A stretch of 64,000 nt of DNA from Candidatus Multivorans sp. (GCA_965224025.1 OZ245033.1:2144001-2208000), one strand, 5' to 3'. Counted from the first letter of the stretch, positions 48,282 to 59,998 are shown. The notes: generated by a model not told the origin, from the letters alone. Program-made: numbers and translations.

Positions 48282-49063
48282 GCGCTCCGCTTCAGTCGAC
48301 TGAAACCGCCGATCACGCGATCGATGTCGCCGATCTGGCGATCCGCTACCACGGACAGTTGGCGCTCTCGGGGGTCACGCTGCAGGTTCCAACGCACGAC
48401 ATCTTCGGCGTCATCGGACCGGCGAACAGCGGCAAGACGTCCTTCCTGCGGGCCATCAACCGGATGGACCTGATGACGGCGGGCATGGAGGTTTCGGGGA
48501 GCGTACGGGTCGAGGGCCGTGACGTCCGGAGTTGGCGCAACCCGTACGCGCTGCGGCGGCGCATCGGCGTCGTGTTCCCGCTGCCCGTGGGTCTGCCGAT
48601 GACGATCTACGAGAACGTCGCGCTGTCGTCGCGCCTGCGTGGTACGCGGAAGAAGGCCGACCTGGACGTCATCGTGGAGCGCTGCCTCCGGCGGGCGGCG
48701 CTATGGGACGAGGTGAAGGACCGGCTCGATTCCCTGGGCAGCCTGCTGTCGGGCGGCCAGCAGCAGCGGCTGACGATCGCCCGCGCCCTGTCGCAGGATC
48801 CGTCCATCCTGCTGCTCGACGAATTCTCGATCGCGGTGGATCCGGTGACCACGATGCGGATCGAGGAGGTGCTGGCGGAACTCAAGTCCGAGATGACGAT
48901 CGTCCTGGTCACGAACCTCGTCCAGCAGGCGCGGCGGCTGGCCTCGCGGACCGCCTTCTTCCTGACCGGCGAACTGGTCGAGGTCACGGAGACGGAGGCG
49001 ATGTTCGAGGGCGGCGCCCAGGACCCGCGGACCACTGCGTACGTCGAAGGGAAGTTCGGATGA
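48275..49063 (+). CDS. pstB: Phosphate ABC ATPase copy 1 (intact signature, degenerate Q-loop, D-loop and H-switch)
   Basis: GPANSGKT, VFPLP, LSGGQQQRL, LLLDEFSIAVD, VTNL. Confidence 0.88.
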   Translation: MVSAPLQSTETADHAIDVADLAIRYHGQLALSGVTLQVPTHDIFGVIGPANSGKTSFLRAINRMDLMTAGMEVSGSVRVEGRDVRSWRNPYALRRRIGVVFPLPVGLPMTIYENVALSSRLRGTRKKADLDVIVERCLRRAALWDEVKDRLDSLGSLLSGGQQQRLTIARALSQDPSILLLDEFSIAVDPVTTMRIEEVLAELKSEMTIVLVTNLVQQARRLASRTAFFLTGELVEVTETEAMFEGGAQDPRTTAYVEGKFG

Positions 49064-49866
49064 GCATGGCGGAGCCGGTAACCCAAGGTGCTCCCGACGC
49101 GTCGGCGGCGATCCTGGTCGAGAAGCTGAACCTCTGGTACGGCGACTTCCAGGCCCTGTTCGATGTCGACCTGCGGGTGAAAGCGGGCGCGATCACCTCC
49201 CTGATCGGGCCGTCCGGCTGCGGTAAGACGACGCTGCTGCGGTCGGTCAATCGGATCAACGAGCGGCTCGGCTATGTCCGGACGACAGGCAGCGTTCGGC
49301 TCTGGGGACTCGACGTGCTCGACCCCTCGGTCGAGTTGGCGCAGCTCCGCAAGCAGGTCGGCATGGTCTTCCAGCGACCCAACCCGCTGCCGCTCTCCGT
49401 GCGCGACAACGTCCTGTTCGGAACCCGCGTCCACCAGCCGGGCGGGCGGCCGCCGAACAGGGTGGAGAGCGACCGGATCGTCGAGGAGGCACTGCGCGAG
49501 GTGCTTCTCTGGGACGAATTGAAGGACTCGCTCGACCGGCGCGGCACCGAACTGTCGCTCGAACAGCAGCAGAAGCTCTGCATCGCCCGCCTGCTGCCGG
49601 TCAAGCCGAAACTCCTGCTGATGGACGAGCCGTGTTCAGCGCTCGACCCCGCCGGCACCGAGGCCGTCGAGGAGCTGATCTGGGAGCTGCGCGGCGACTA
49701 CACGATCCTGATCGTCACCCACAACATGGCGCAGGCACGCCGGGCCAGCGAAGAGTGCGTCTTCATGCTGCTCGGCGAGATGATCGAGCACAGCGACACG
49801 GCGTCGATGTTCCTGAATCCGGCGGACAGCCAGACCGCGGCCTATATCGAGGGCCGGTACGGCTGA
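49060..49866 (+). CDS. pstB: Phosphate ABC ATPase copy 2 (intact Walker A/B, Q and H; degenerate signature)
   Basis: GPSGCGKT, VFQRPNP, LSLEQQQKL, MDEPCSALD, VTHN. Confidence 0.9.
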   Translation: MSMAEPVTQGAPDASAAILVEKLNLWYGDFQALFDVDLRVKAGAITSLIGPSGCGKTTLLRSVNRINERLGYVRTTGSVRLWGLDVLDPSVELAQLRKQVGMVFQRPNPLPLSVRDNVLFGTRVHQPGGRPPNRVESDRIVEEALREVLLWDELKDSLDRRGTELSLEQQQKLCIARLLPVKPKLLLMDEPCSALDPAGTEAVEELIWELRGDYTILIVTHNMAQARRASEECVFMLLGEMIEHSDTASMFLNPADSQTAAYIEGRYG

Positions 49867-49871
49867 GCCGG

Positions 49872-51239
49872 CTACGCCGTTCGCGAAGTCACCGTGGCGG
49901 CAACGGCGCCGCTGAACGCCCCGGCGCCAAGCCCCGCCGGGGGAAACTCGTCGGACTCGGGCTCCAGGCGCCAGCGTTGCGCCAGCGCCGCCAGCGCGGA
50001 CACGATGATGTCCGTGGCGAGGTCCGCGCCTCTGCACTTCTTCGGCTCGATGCTGAACGGGATGAACCCGTTCCTGGGGCATTGCTGGCCGCCGTCCAGC
50101 CATCGTTCGGGCCGAAAGGCCTCGTTGTCGTCCCAGTAGTCCGACCTTCGGTGGATCACGTGGATGACCAGGTCGACCAGAGTTCCCTTCGGTATGAAGT
50201 ATCCGCCCAGCGTCGTGTCCTCCACTGCCTCGCGCGGCACCAGGAGCGGCGCGGGCGGATGAAGGCGAAGCAGTTCCTTGCATACGGCGTGCGCGTAAGG
50301 GAGACGGTCCAGGTCCTCCCCCGCCAGCGACCGGTCGCCGACGACCTCTTGCACCTCCGCTTCCAGGCGCTCTCGCGCCTCCGGATTCCAGGAGAGATGG
50401 AACGGGGCGTGAGTCAGAGCATGAACCGGCCCGTCCAGGGCGCCGAACAACATGCCGTATGCCTCGTCCCGGATCTCACTGTCGTCGGCGAAGTTCCAGT
50501 CCGATTCGCCTCGATCCGTCGCCCGCACCATGTGTGAGATCAGGCTGGAGCCATTCGCGTCGGATGTTCTGGCTGCCGCGATCGACTTGTAGGTCACTTC
50601 GTCGAGCGCGCGAATCGCTTTCCGAGCCTTCATGTCGTGGGGGAGGGGGAGCTTTCGCAGCAGGGAGTAACCCGGCATGGCGAACACGATGAAGTTGAGC
50701 TTGACGGCTTTCAGGGTGGGGAGCGCCACGTCCGGACTGAGCTTTCGGCCGGCACCGATGATGGACATCGTAAGAGCGTTGAAGGTGAAGCGCTCCAGCC
50801 TTTCCCTGAAGTCGACTGAACCTTCTTCGAGACCGTCGGCCAGATGATTCGCCTCCTCGGCGGCGAGCTGCTTCAGAGCCCTGGCCCGCTCGGGTGTGAA
50901 CGCGGTCCGTACGAGCTCTCGCAGCCGTCCCTGTTCTTCGCCGGCCGGCATGCGGGCGAGACAGGGCGCCTGCATGACCTCGAATGTGGTTCTTGGATGC
51001 AGGACCTTCAGGGAGTTGGTCTTCTCGACCAGCAGTTCCTCCACCAGGTCGGCGGTAAAGATGGCACAGTGCTTGCGGGTCGGCACTTCGAAGTAGACGA
51101 TGTCGCCGTAGTTCTCGTGGAGCCAGTGGAAGAAACCGATGTAGTCGTCCGCCATCCGGCGCATGGTCTGGAGCTTGCCTTCCGCCGGGCCCGGAGGGAG
51201 TTGGCGCTTCATACTGCTGGCCTCTGGAGAGGGAGACAT
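49872..51239 (-). CDS. Cytochrome P450, non-canonical I-helix
   Basis: LPPGP, KELLR, FRPERW, FSIEPKKCRG heme ligand; I-helix FGALDGP. Confidence 0.9.
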   Translation of the reverse strand: MSPSPEASSMKRQLPPGPAEGKLQTMRRMADDYIGFFHWLHENYGDIVYFEVPTRKHCAIFTADLVEELLVEKTNSLKVLHPRTTFEVMQAPCLARMPAGEEQGRLRELVRTAFTPERARALKQLAAEEANHLADGLEEGSVDFRERLERFTFNALTMSIIGAGRKLSPDVALPTLKAVKLNFIVFAMPGYSLLRKLPLPHDMKARKAIRALDEVTYKSIAAARTSDANGSSLISHMVRATDRGESDWNFADDSEIRDEAYGMLFGALDGPVHALTHAPFHLSWNPEARERLEAEVQEVVGDRSLAGEDLDRLPYAHAVCKELLRLHPPAPLLVPREAVEDTTLGGYFIPKGTLVDLVIHVIHRRSDYWDDNEAFRPERWLDGGQQCPRNGFIPFSIEPKKCRGADLATDIIVSALAALAQRWRLEPESDEFPPAGLGAGAFSGAVAATVTSRTA

Positions 51240-51252
51240 GCGGATGGTCCAG

Positions 51253-51741
51253 TCAATTCGTCGGCCTTTCGTGTTTGGTCCATCTGGACTCGAAGACGTG
51301 GTAGGTCATGTCGTCGTCGAACAGTTGAGACACGCGTTCGCTGACCGCGTCTTCGAGATCGAGTTTCTTGGCGACATCGAGAGCTTCAGAGAAGCTCTTC
51401 TTCATCGCCAGGATCCGATTTGGCCATTCGTTCTTGACGGACGGGTCCGCGTCCGGCCAGCGTTGCTTCAGGACCTCCAGGGTGACCTCCATCGCCGTCC
51501 GAGAGCCCTGCAAGGACGACAGTCGCACGGAGAGGTGCTCGAGGCATCTCTTGCTGGGCTCGTCGCATGCCGAGGCGACCGACTTCGCAGTCGCCGTTGC
51601 GATCGGCTCGTACCGTGAGACCATCGACTGGGCGAGCCCGAGAAGAGCCTCTGGCCCGTCTTCTTCCTGTGCAGCTGCCGGCATGGCCAGTATGGTCAGA
51701 AGTGTGATCGCAGTCAGGAGTGGGATCGGCGAACTCTTCAT
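51253..51741 (-). CDS. Secreted alpha-helical hypothetical protein
   Basis: Signal peptide ending AAA-Q, ggaga RBS, ATGA overlap with the upstream P450. Confidence 0.7.
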   Translation of the reverse strand: MKSSPIPLLTAITLLTILAMPAAAQEEDGPEALLGLAQSMVSRYEPIATATAKSVASACDEPSKRCLEHLSVRLSSLQGSRTAMEVTLEVLKQRWPDADPSVKNEWPNRILAMKKSFSEALDVAKKLDLEDAVSERVSQLFDDDMTYHVFESRWTKHERPTN

Positions 51742-53165
51742 GGTCCAGTTCTCCGTCGTGGTTGGCGGCTGGTGTTGGTTGGAGAACCCGTTCTCGGCCT
51801 CTTCGCGACGTTGACCGGGTATGTCCCCATGAGGCCGACGCCGATGTTCGTCTTCGTCGGCGGCTCGTCAGACTCGGGTTCGAGTCGCACCTTCTGAACG
51901 AGGCTGGCAAGACCGGCGACGAAGAGGATCTCCGCGAAGTCCTTGCCCTGGCAGATGCGCGGTTTCGTGCTGAAGGGGAGATAGGAGTGCGCCGGGCATC
52001 TGGAACCACCCTGTTCAGAGTCCTCCAGCCAGCGTTCCGGGCGGAAATCGTCCGCGTCCTCCCAGTAGTCCTGCCGGCGTTGCATCACGCGCATGCACAC
52101 GTTCATCAGCGTGCCCTTCGGCACCAGATAGCCGCCGACGATGCGGTCTTCGAGGGTCTCCCGTGGGATGAGCACGTACGCCGGCGGTTCGAGACGCAAC
52201 GTCTCCTTGAAAACCGCGTGCGTGCAGGGCAGCCGGTTCAAGTCGGCCAGCGTGACGGCGCGGCCGTCGAGCACGTCGTCCACTTCCCGCTCGAGCCGTT
52301 TGCGGACGTCCGGACTCCGCGCCAGGAAGTGGATGCCGTGGGTCAGGGTGCCGGTCGGCGCGTCGACGGCGCCGAACATCAGCGTATAGGCCTCGTCCCG
52401 TATCTCCGAGTCGTCGGGGAAGCTCCAGTCGACGACGCCCTCTTCGTGGGCACGGACGAAGTGGGAGATCACGTTGTGGCCGTCATGGTCCGGATCACGG
52501 GCCCTCTCGATCGACCTGTAGGTCTGCTCGTCGAGAGCCTTGATCTGCCGGGCAGTCCGGACGTTGTGAGGCAGCGGCAGCCTCTTCAGGGCCAGGCCGA
52601 AGGGAAGCAGCGACAGGAGCATGTCGCTCTTCATCGCGTCGAGGACGGACTTCCCGAGCTCGGGTTCGACCTTGAAGTCGACGCCGATCACGGCATCGAG
52701 CAGGGAGCCCCAGGTGTACCGCTCCGCCTCGTACTTGAAGTCGACCTTGCCGTTCGACGCGAGGCGCTCCCGGAAGGTGAGTGCGTTGCTGATGATCGCC
52801 TTTTCGTAGGCGGGCATGCGCTCCGGCGTGAACGCCGCGCTCATCACCTTCTCGAATTCCGTGTGGGTCTCGAAGCGGGACGTCGCCAGGCAAGGAGACG
52901 GAATCAGGTTGTACGAGGTCTTTGGGTAGTACGGCTGGAAGTACGGCTCCTGCTCAAGCAACACCTCGTGAATCAGCTCGGCGCTGAAGACCGCCGCGCA
53001 CTTGCGGGCGGGGATCTCGAAGAAGGCGATGTCGCCGTACTCGCGATGGAGCTCGTCCATGAAGTCCGAGTGACGGGAGAGCCGCTGCCGCACGTTGTGG
53101 AGCTTGCGCCCCTTCGGCCCGGGCGGCAGGGGTGCGGTACCGCCGCCGGAGTCGGTCATCGCCAT
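51738..53165 (-). CDS. Cytochrome P450, non-canonical I-helix
   Basis: LPPGP, KETLR, FRPERW, FSTKPRICQG; I-helix FGAVDAP. Confidence 0.9.
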   Translation of the reverse strand: MAMTDSGGGTAPLPPGPKGRKLHNVRQRLSRHSDFMDELHREYGDIAFFEIPARKCAAVFSAELIHEVLLEQEPYFQPYYPKTSYNLIPSPCLATSRFETHTEFEKVMSAAFTPERMPAYEKAIISNALTFRERLASNGKVDFKYEAERYTWGSLLDAVIGVDFKVEPELGKSVLDAMKSDMLLSLLPFGLALKRLPLPHNVRTARQIKALDEQTYRSIERARDPDHDGHNVISHFVRAHEEGVVDWSFPDDSEIRDEAYTLMFGAVDAPTGTLTHGIHFLARSPDVRKRLEREVDDVLDGRAVTLADLNRLPCTHAVFKETLRLEPPAYVLIPRETLEDRIVGGYLVPKGTLMNVCMRVMQRRQDYWEDADDFRPERWLEDSEQGGSRCPAHSYLPFSTKPRICQGKDFAEILFVAGLASLVQKVRLEPESDEPPTKTNIGVGLMGTYPVNVAKRPRTGSPTNTSRQPRRRTGP

Positions 53166-53277
53166 GAGACCAAACTTAGCTGAGCTTTCACCATCTTAAG
53201 AGCGAGATAAGGCCAAGCAATAGCGATGAGAGAGTGACGAAGACTACCGAAAGTCAGGTCCCGCTAGAATCTGAGCC

Positions 53278-54476
53278 GTGTCCGTCACCGGCCCGCGACC
53301 GAACGTCGACATCCCCGCCTGCTACGTCGACGGCTACAATGCAGCCTGGGAGCTGGATCCGGACTTGGCGGAGCGCTACATCCGCTACACGACCCTGGGC
53401 GATCCGCTGGCCGACCGGTCGAACAATTGGCGGCGATCGTGGAACCCCAGCACGTTCACGACACGATCGCCAGGACCGTCAGCCGCTACGACGACCGGCC
53501 GAAGGACACGCCCGAGGCTCTTCGGGAACTCATCGAGTCATCGGCCGTCATGCCCGACTGGTTCGACCCCGAGATCGCGATGAGGGCCACCAGGGCCTTT
53601 CTTCGCAACTCGGACATGGTCCTTGGAGGACTCGTCGGCGGTGCCATCGTGGAGGGGTTTTCCACGCTGATCAGCAAGTCGTTCCGCATCCGCAGCCGGA
53701 TCATCCTGAACGGCGTCCGCCGGCTCAAGCAGAACACGCTCCAGTTGACCGAGCAGTTCATGCCGGGCGGACAGGAGCCCGGCGGCGACGCCTGGAAGCT
53801 GAGCCTCCGCATCCGCCTGGTGCATGCCCAGGCCAGGATGCTGCTCAGGCAGTCGGACGAATGGGACGCGCCGGAGCACGGCATGCCGCTCAGCACGGCG
53901 CACATGCTGTTGGGCGCGGCCGCCTTCTCAGGCCGCCTGATGGAACATGTTTCGCGCTTGGGCGGCGACTTCAGCCAGGAGGAGAAGGAAGCCTACGTCC
54001 ACGTCTGGAGATACACAGGGCTGGTCATGGGGATACCCGAGGTCATCATGTTCCGCGACCATGCTTCGGCGTTGCGCACTTTCGAGATCGCGGCCCTGTG
54101 CGAACCGCCGCCGGACGATGACGCGATCATCATGGCCAACAGCATCATCAACAGCGCTCCGATCCTGCTCGGGTTCACGGAAACGGAGGAACGCCGCGAG
54201 ATGGCGGCGTTCATCTACCAGGTATCGCGGGAACTGATCGGGGACGCGCTCGCGGATTCCTTCAGGTTCCCGAAGTCGAGGTTCGTCAAGCAGGTACCGC
54301 TGCTGTTCCTGAGGAACAGGGCGGAGAAGGCGGCCCTGAAGCTCTTCCCCCGCCTGCTCGCGAACCGGTCGAGAAAGCGGTTCAACGCGCTGCTGGACGC
54401 TTCGGATCTCGGCGAGATCGAGCACTCGTACGCGCTGCCGACCACTCTCCACGACGAGGATTCGCGGGACTGGTAG
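53278..54476 (+). pseudogene. Lcp/MpaB (DUF2236) heme oxygenase family protein, frameshifted near 53420
   Basis: N-terminal YIRYTTLGDPLAD continues in another frame as PDWFD...RRL...LRIRLVHAQAR...WD..GMPLS..HM...WRY.G.VMGI. Confidence 0.8.
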
Positions 54477-54602
54477 CTCGGTGCGAGACGCGGCTCACGC
54501 CCGGCGCGCGCTGCCTGAACTCAAAGAAAGCGTTACCGGCGAGCGGAAAGGCAGCGGGCACCTGCTTCTGTGGCATGATCAGCGGTTGCTTCGGGACATC
54601 GA

Positions 54603-55832
54603 ATGGAAGCGGAGGCGCTGATGGGCAGATACGGTCTGACGGACGATGTGATCGAGCTACGCGAGCAGATGCGCGCGTTCATCGACGGCGAGGTGATTCC
54701 TGCCGAACCGGAGCTGGAGTCGGAGTCCGGAGAGGACCGCACGCGCGGCCGTCTGGCCGAACTCAAGGCGCTGGCCAAGCAGCGGGGCCTGTGGGCCCTG
54801 GGGCATCCGGCGGAGATCGGCGGCGGGGGTTTGCCGCTCATGCCCTTCGTCTACCTGAACGAGATCATCGGCCGCTCGCACTACGGCCAGATCGCCGTGG
54901 GCTCGGCGTCGATGCAGGACTCGATCATGCTCCACCTGTACGCCAGCGACGAGCAGCGGGAGCGGTGGCTCAAGCCCCTGGTTGCGGGCGACATCTACCC
55001 ATCGGTCGGGCTGACGGAACCGGAGGTCGCCGGCTCCGATCCGACCCTGATGCAGACTCGAGCGGTGCTCGACGGCGACGACTGGGTGATCAACGGCCAC
55101 AAGTGGTTCACGAGCGGCGCCAGCCGGGCCGCGTTCACGACCTGCTTCGCGCTGACCGAGCCGGAGGCCCAGGGCCACCGGAAATTCTCGTCGATCATCG
55201 TGCCGACGGACACGCCCGGCTACGAGATCGTGCGCGCGGTGCCGACGATGGGCACGACCGCCGGCCAGCACTGCGAGGTGCGCTACAACGACGTCCGCGT
55301 GCCGAAGGACAACCTGCTCGGCGGCCGCGGCGAAGGGTTCGTCATCGCCCAGAAGCGGCTGGGGCCGGGGCGTATCTTCCATTGCATGAGGTGGCTGGGT
55401 CAGGCCCAGCGGGCCTTCGAACTGATGTGCGACCGGGTCAAGTCACGCTGGGCCCACGGTTCCTACCTGTCGGAGAAGGGCGAGATCCAGCGCTACATCG
55501 CCGAGTCGGCGGCGGAGATCCAGGCCGCCCGGCTGATGACCCTGGACGCCGCCGAGGCGATGGACCGTGGCGATCGCGCCCGGGTCGAGATCTCGCTGAT
55601 CAAGTTCTGGGGCGCGCGGATGCTCCACAACGTGATCGACCGGGCGATCCAGGTCCACGGCGCGCTCGGCGTGACGGGCGATACGCCGCTAGAGAAGATG
55701 TACCGCGAGGCGCGCTACGCGCGGCTCTACGACGGCCCGGACGAGGTTCACCGCATGGTCGTCGCGCGGCGCATCCTGCGCGATCCGCTGGGCCGGGTGC
55801 CCTGGGGCACGTTGGGCGTTGCCGACAACTAG
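54603..55832 (+). CDS. Acyl-CoA dehydrogenase
   Basis: LTEPEVAGSD, WVINGHKWFTS, RLGPGRIFHCMR, RLYDGPDEVH. Confidence 0.93.
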   Translation: MEAEALMGRYGLTDDVIELREQMRAFIDGEVIPAEPELESESGEDRTRGRLAELKALAKQRGLWALGHPAEIGGGGLPLMPFVYLNEIIGRSHYGQIAVGSASMQDSIMLHLYASDEQRERWLKPLVAGDIYPSVGLTEPEVAGSDPTLMQTRAVLDGDDWVINGHKWFTSGASRAAFTTCFALTEPEAQGHRKFSSIIVPTDTPGYEIVRAVPTMGTTAGQHCEVRYNDVRVPKDNLLGGRGEGFVIAQKRLGPGRIFHCMRWLGQAQRAFELMCDRVKSRWAHGSYLSEKGEIQRYIAESAAEIQAARLMTLDAAEAMDRGDRARVEISLIKFWGARMLHNVIDRAIQVHGALGVTGDTPLEKMYREARYARLYDGPDEVHRMVVARRILRDPLGRVPWGTLGVADN

Positions 55833-57315
55833 GGCCTGGCGTTGCGGAGACTGGTTGCGCCGGCCCTCTGGCCGGCTGTGGCGCGGGTCTTCTGACCCGC
55901 GTCGAGGAAGACGTGCCGCGAAGCGGCGACGTACCGCGGCGCCTGGCCTTCCCCGGTCGCGACCGGTTGTCGGGGTGGCGGTAGTCGTCCTCGGAGCCTT
56001 CGTGTTGACTTCATCGCCGACTACTGCCCAGTTGCGTGCCGCCGCAGCCGCGGTCGAGATCACGCCGCCTGCCGGCTCGTTGCTCTACGGCTACGGCGCG
56101 CGCGGAACGAACCGGTCGGAGGGAATTCACGACCCGCTCTACGCGCGGGCGCTCGTCCTTGAAGCGGGCGGTGAGACGGCCGCGTTGGTGACGCTCGATC
56201 TCGGCTCGATCCGCAAGGAGAACACCCTTCCCGTCCGGCGGGCGGTCCTGGATGCCGCGGGCTTCGACCACGTTTTACTGAACGCTTCCCACACGCACTC
56301 CGCGCCGCTGTTCGAGGCGGACTTCCCGAACGCCGAGAGCCCGTGGGTCAGGGAACTGGAGCGGAAGATCGTCAGCGTCGTCCTGGAGGCCCACGCCGTT
56401 CTCCGCCCGGCCCGCATCGCGGTGGGCTGGGGTCGGGCGAGCGAGGGGCACAACCGGCGCCGGGTGCTTCCGGACGGTAGCGTCGAGATGTTCTGGCGCA
56501 ACCGCGAGCGGTTGCCGACCGCGCCGCTGGACGAGTCCGTCGGCGTGCTGGCAATCGACGGAACGGACGGCGAACCGATCGCCACGGTCGTCAACTTCGC
56601 TGTTCACCCGGTCATCCTGGGCCCCGGGAACATGCTCGTCTCGGCCGACTATCCGGGCGCGATGGCGGCCCTGGTCGCCGGGCGCGGCGGCGGAGTGCCG
56701 ATGTTCCTGCAGGGCGCCGCCGGTGACATCAACCCGTTCTGGGACAAGACGCCGCCCGCCGAAGGAGGCTTCGAGCAGGTCCGGATGGCGGGAGAGCGGC
56801 TGGGACACGAGGTGCTCCGCGTCCGCGCCGACCTGGCCGCGGCGGAAGCCTTCCACGATCCGGCCAGCCTCTCCGTGAAGCGCCACCTGGTGACGCTCGA
56901 CCCGCGCTGGGATCTGGACTCTCCGGTGGTCGAGGAGGGCTTTCGGCGTCACGGGCTCGAGGCGTCGCTCCAGAGATACCGCGCGCGCTTCCCGCGCGAA
57001 CGGGAGGCCGAGGTGAACACCCTGGTTCTTGGCGAGCGCGGCGAAGGCCAGTTCGCCCTCGCCACGTTCCCGGGCGAGTTCTTCGTCGAGCACCAGCTCC
57101 GTCTGCGCGCCGAGACTCCGGTGCCCCACGTTTTCTTTGCCGGCTACACGAACGGCGAACTCGCCTACTTCCCGACCATCGCCGCGGCGGCGCAGGGCGG
57201 CTACGGCGGCAGGGAAGCGACGATCGTAGAGGTCGGCGCCGGCGAGAAGCTGGTCGACCTGGCCGCGATCTCGATTCTCGAACAGGCCGGCTGGCTGCAC
57301 GACGCGCCGCCGTGA
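55819..57315 (+). CDS. Neutral/alkaline ceramidase-like hydrolase
   Basis: EITPP, HDPLYARAL, ASHTHSAP, NFAVHP, SADYPG, GAAGDINP; start probably near 55975. Confidence 0.8.
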   Translation: MPTTRAWRCGDWLRRPSGRLWRGSSDPRRGRRAAKRRRTAAPGLPRSRPVVGVAVVVLGAFVLTSSPTTAQLRAAAAAVEITPPAGSLLYGYGARGTNRSEGIHDPLYARALVLEAGGETAALVTLDLGSIRKENTLPVRRAVLDAAGFDHVLLNASHTHSAPLFEADFPNAESPWVRELERKIVSVVLEAHAVLRPARIAVGWGRASEGHNRRRVLPDGSVEMFWRNRERLPTAPLDESVGVLAIDGTDGEPIATVVNFAVHPVILGPGNMLVSADYPGAMAALVAGRGGGVPMFLQGAAGDINPFWDKTPPAEGGFEQVRMAGERLGHEVLRVRADLAAAEAFHDPASLSVKRHLVTLDPRWDLDSPVVEEGFRRHGLEASLQRYRARFPREREAEVNTLVLGERGEGQFALATFPGEFFVEHQLRLRAETPVPHVFFAGYTNGELAYFPTIAAAAQGGYGGREATIVEVGAGEKLVDLAAISILEQAGWLHDAPP

Positions 57316-57357
57316 GGCATTGGAACCTCATGCGAGTAGGGCTGTATCGTCGCCGCG

Positions 57358-57602
57358 ATGAAGCGTCGCCACCGCAGAATCCTGGGGCTGATCTTCAGCC
57401 GACCGACAAGCGGTAACATGCCGTGGCGTGACATCGAAGGACTCTTCATCGAGCTGGGGGCGGAGATCAGCGAGCGCCGAGGATCGCGGGTTGGCGTCAG
57501 GCTCTTCGGTGAACGCCGGGTCTTCCACCGACCGCATCCTGGGCCGGCGACGGACAAGGGTGCCGTGAGCAGTATCCGGCGGCGAATGGAGTGGAACCAT
57601 GA
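57358..57602 (+). pseudogene. hicA: HicA-family toxin with a frameshifting microdeletion near the C-terminus (reads through to 57792)
   Basis: IF.RPTS.N..W.DIE.L...LGA...ER.GSRV...FHRPHP...DKGAV; the native tail ANGVEP* survives out of frame and overlaps the hicB ATG. Confidence 0.8.
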
Positions 57603-57832
57603 CGAGCATGATCGAAGTCGAAGGCTATCGAGCCGTCGTTCGCTACGACGCCGAACTTCGGATGTACCGTGGCGAGTTCGTCGGTCTGAATGGAGGCGCG
57701 GACTTCTACGCCGAGGACAAGGCGAACCTGCGCGACGAGGCGGCGACGTCGCTTGCCGTTTTCCTGGAGATGTGCCGGGAGGACGGGGTTGATCCGCGAG
57801 AGCACGAGGAGCCAAGTGCCCGGGCGTCCTGA
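57599..57832 (+). CDS. hicB: HicB-family antitoxin (short)
   Basis: GY.AVVRYD.E...RGEF.GLNGGADFYA...SL.VFLEMC.E.GVDP. Confidence 0.8.
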   Translation: MTSMIEVEGYRAVVRYDAELRMYRGEFVGLNGGADFYAEDKANLRDEAATSLAVFLEMCREDGVDPREHEEPSARAS

Positions 57833-58021
57833 GTTCGGGTTTCCACGGCGGACCGGGTCGCGAGGATCGAGCGCCGGGTCGAGAAGATCGAGGACCGGGC
57901 CGCGCTCGACCGGATGGACGCGCTGTTCGCTGCGCAGAGAAGGGAGAACCGGCTGCTGCTGTTGTTCTCCTCTTCGATGCTGGGCCTGTTGTTGACCCTG
58001 TTCCGGTTTGGCGTTCTCTGA
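57833..58021 (+). pseudogene. 5'-truncated paralog of the 34933..35457 coiled-coil/TM gene
   Basis: STADRVARIE...RRENRLLLLFSSSMLGLLLTLFRFGVL* versus ATADQVAKIE...RRENRLLFLFFSTMLGLLMVLFRFGVL*. Confidence 0.7.
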
Positions 58022-58030
58022 GGTTCGCGT

Positions 58031-59986
<1,956 letters not shown>

Positions 59987-59998
59987 GGCGAGGTCGGG

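Noticed and set aside
53400-53440. Biological meaning of the 1-nt frameshift in the Lcp/MpaB gene
   Set aside because: Cannot be told apart from a sequencing error without reads.
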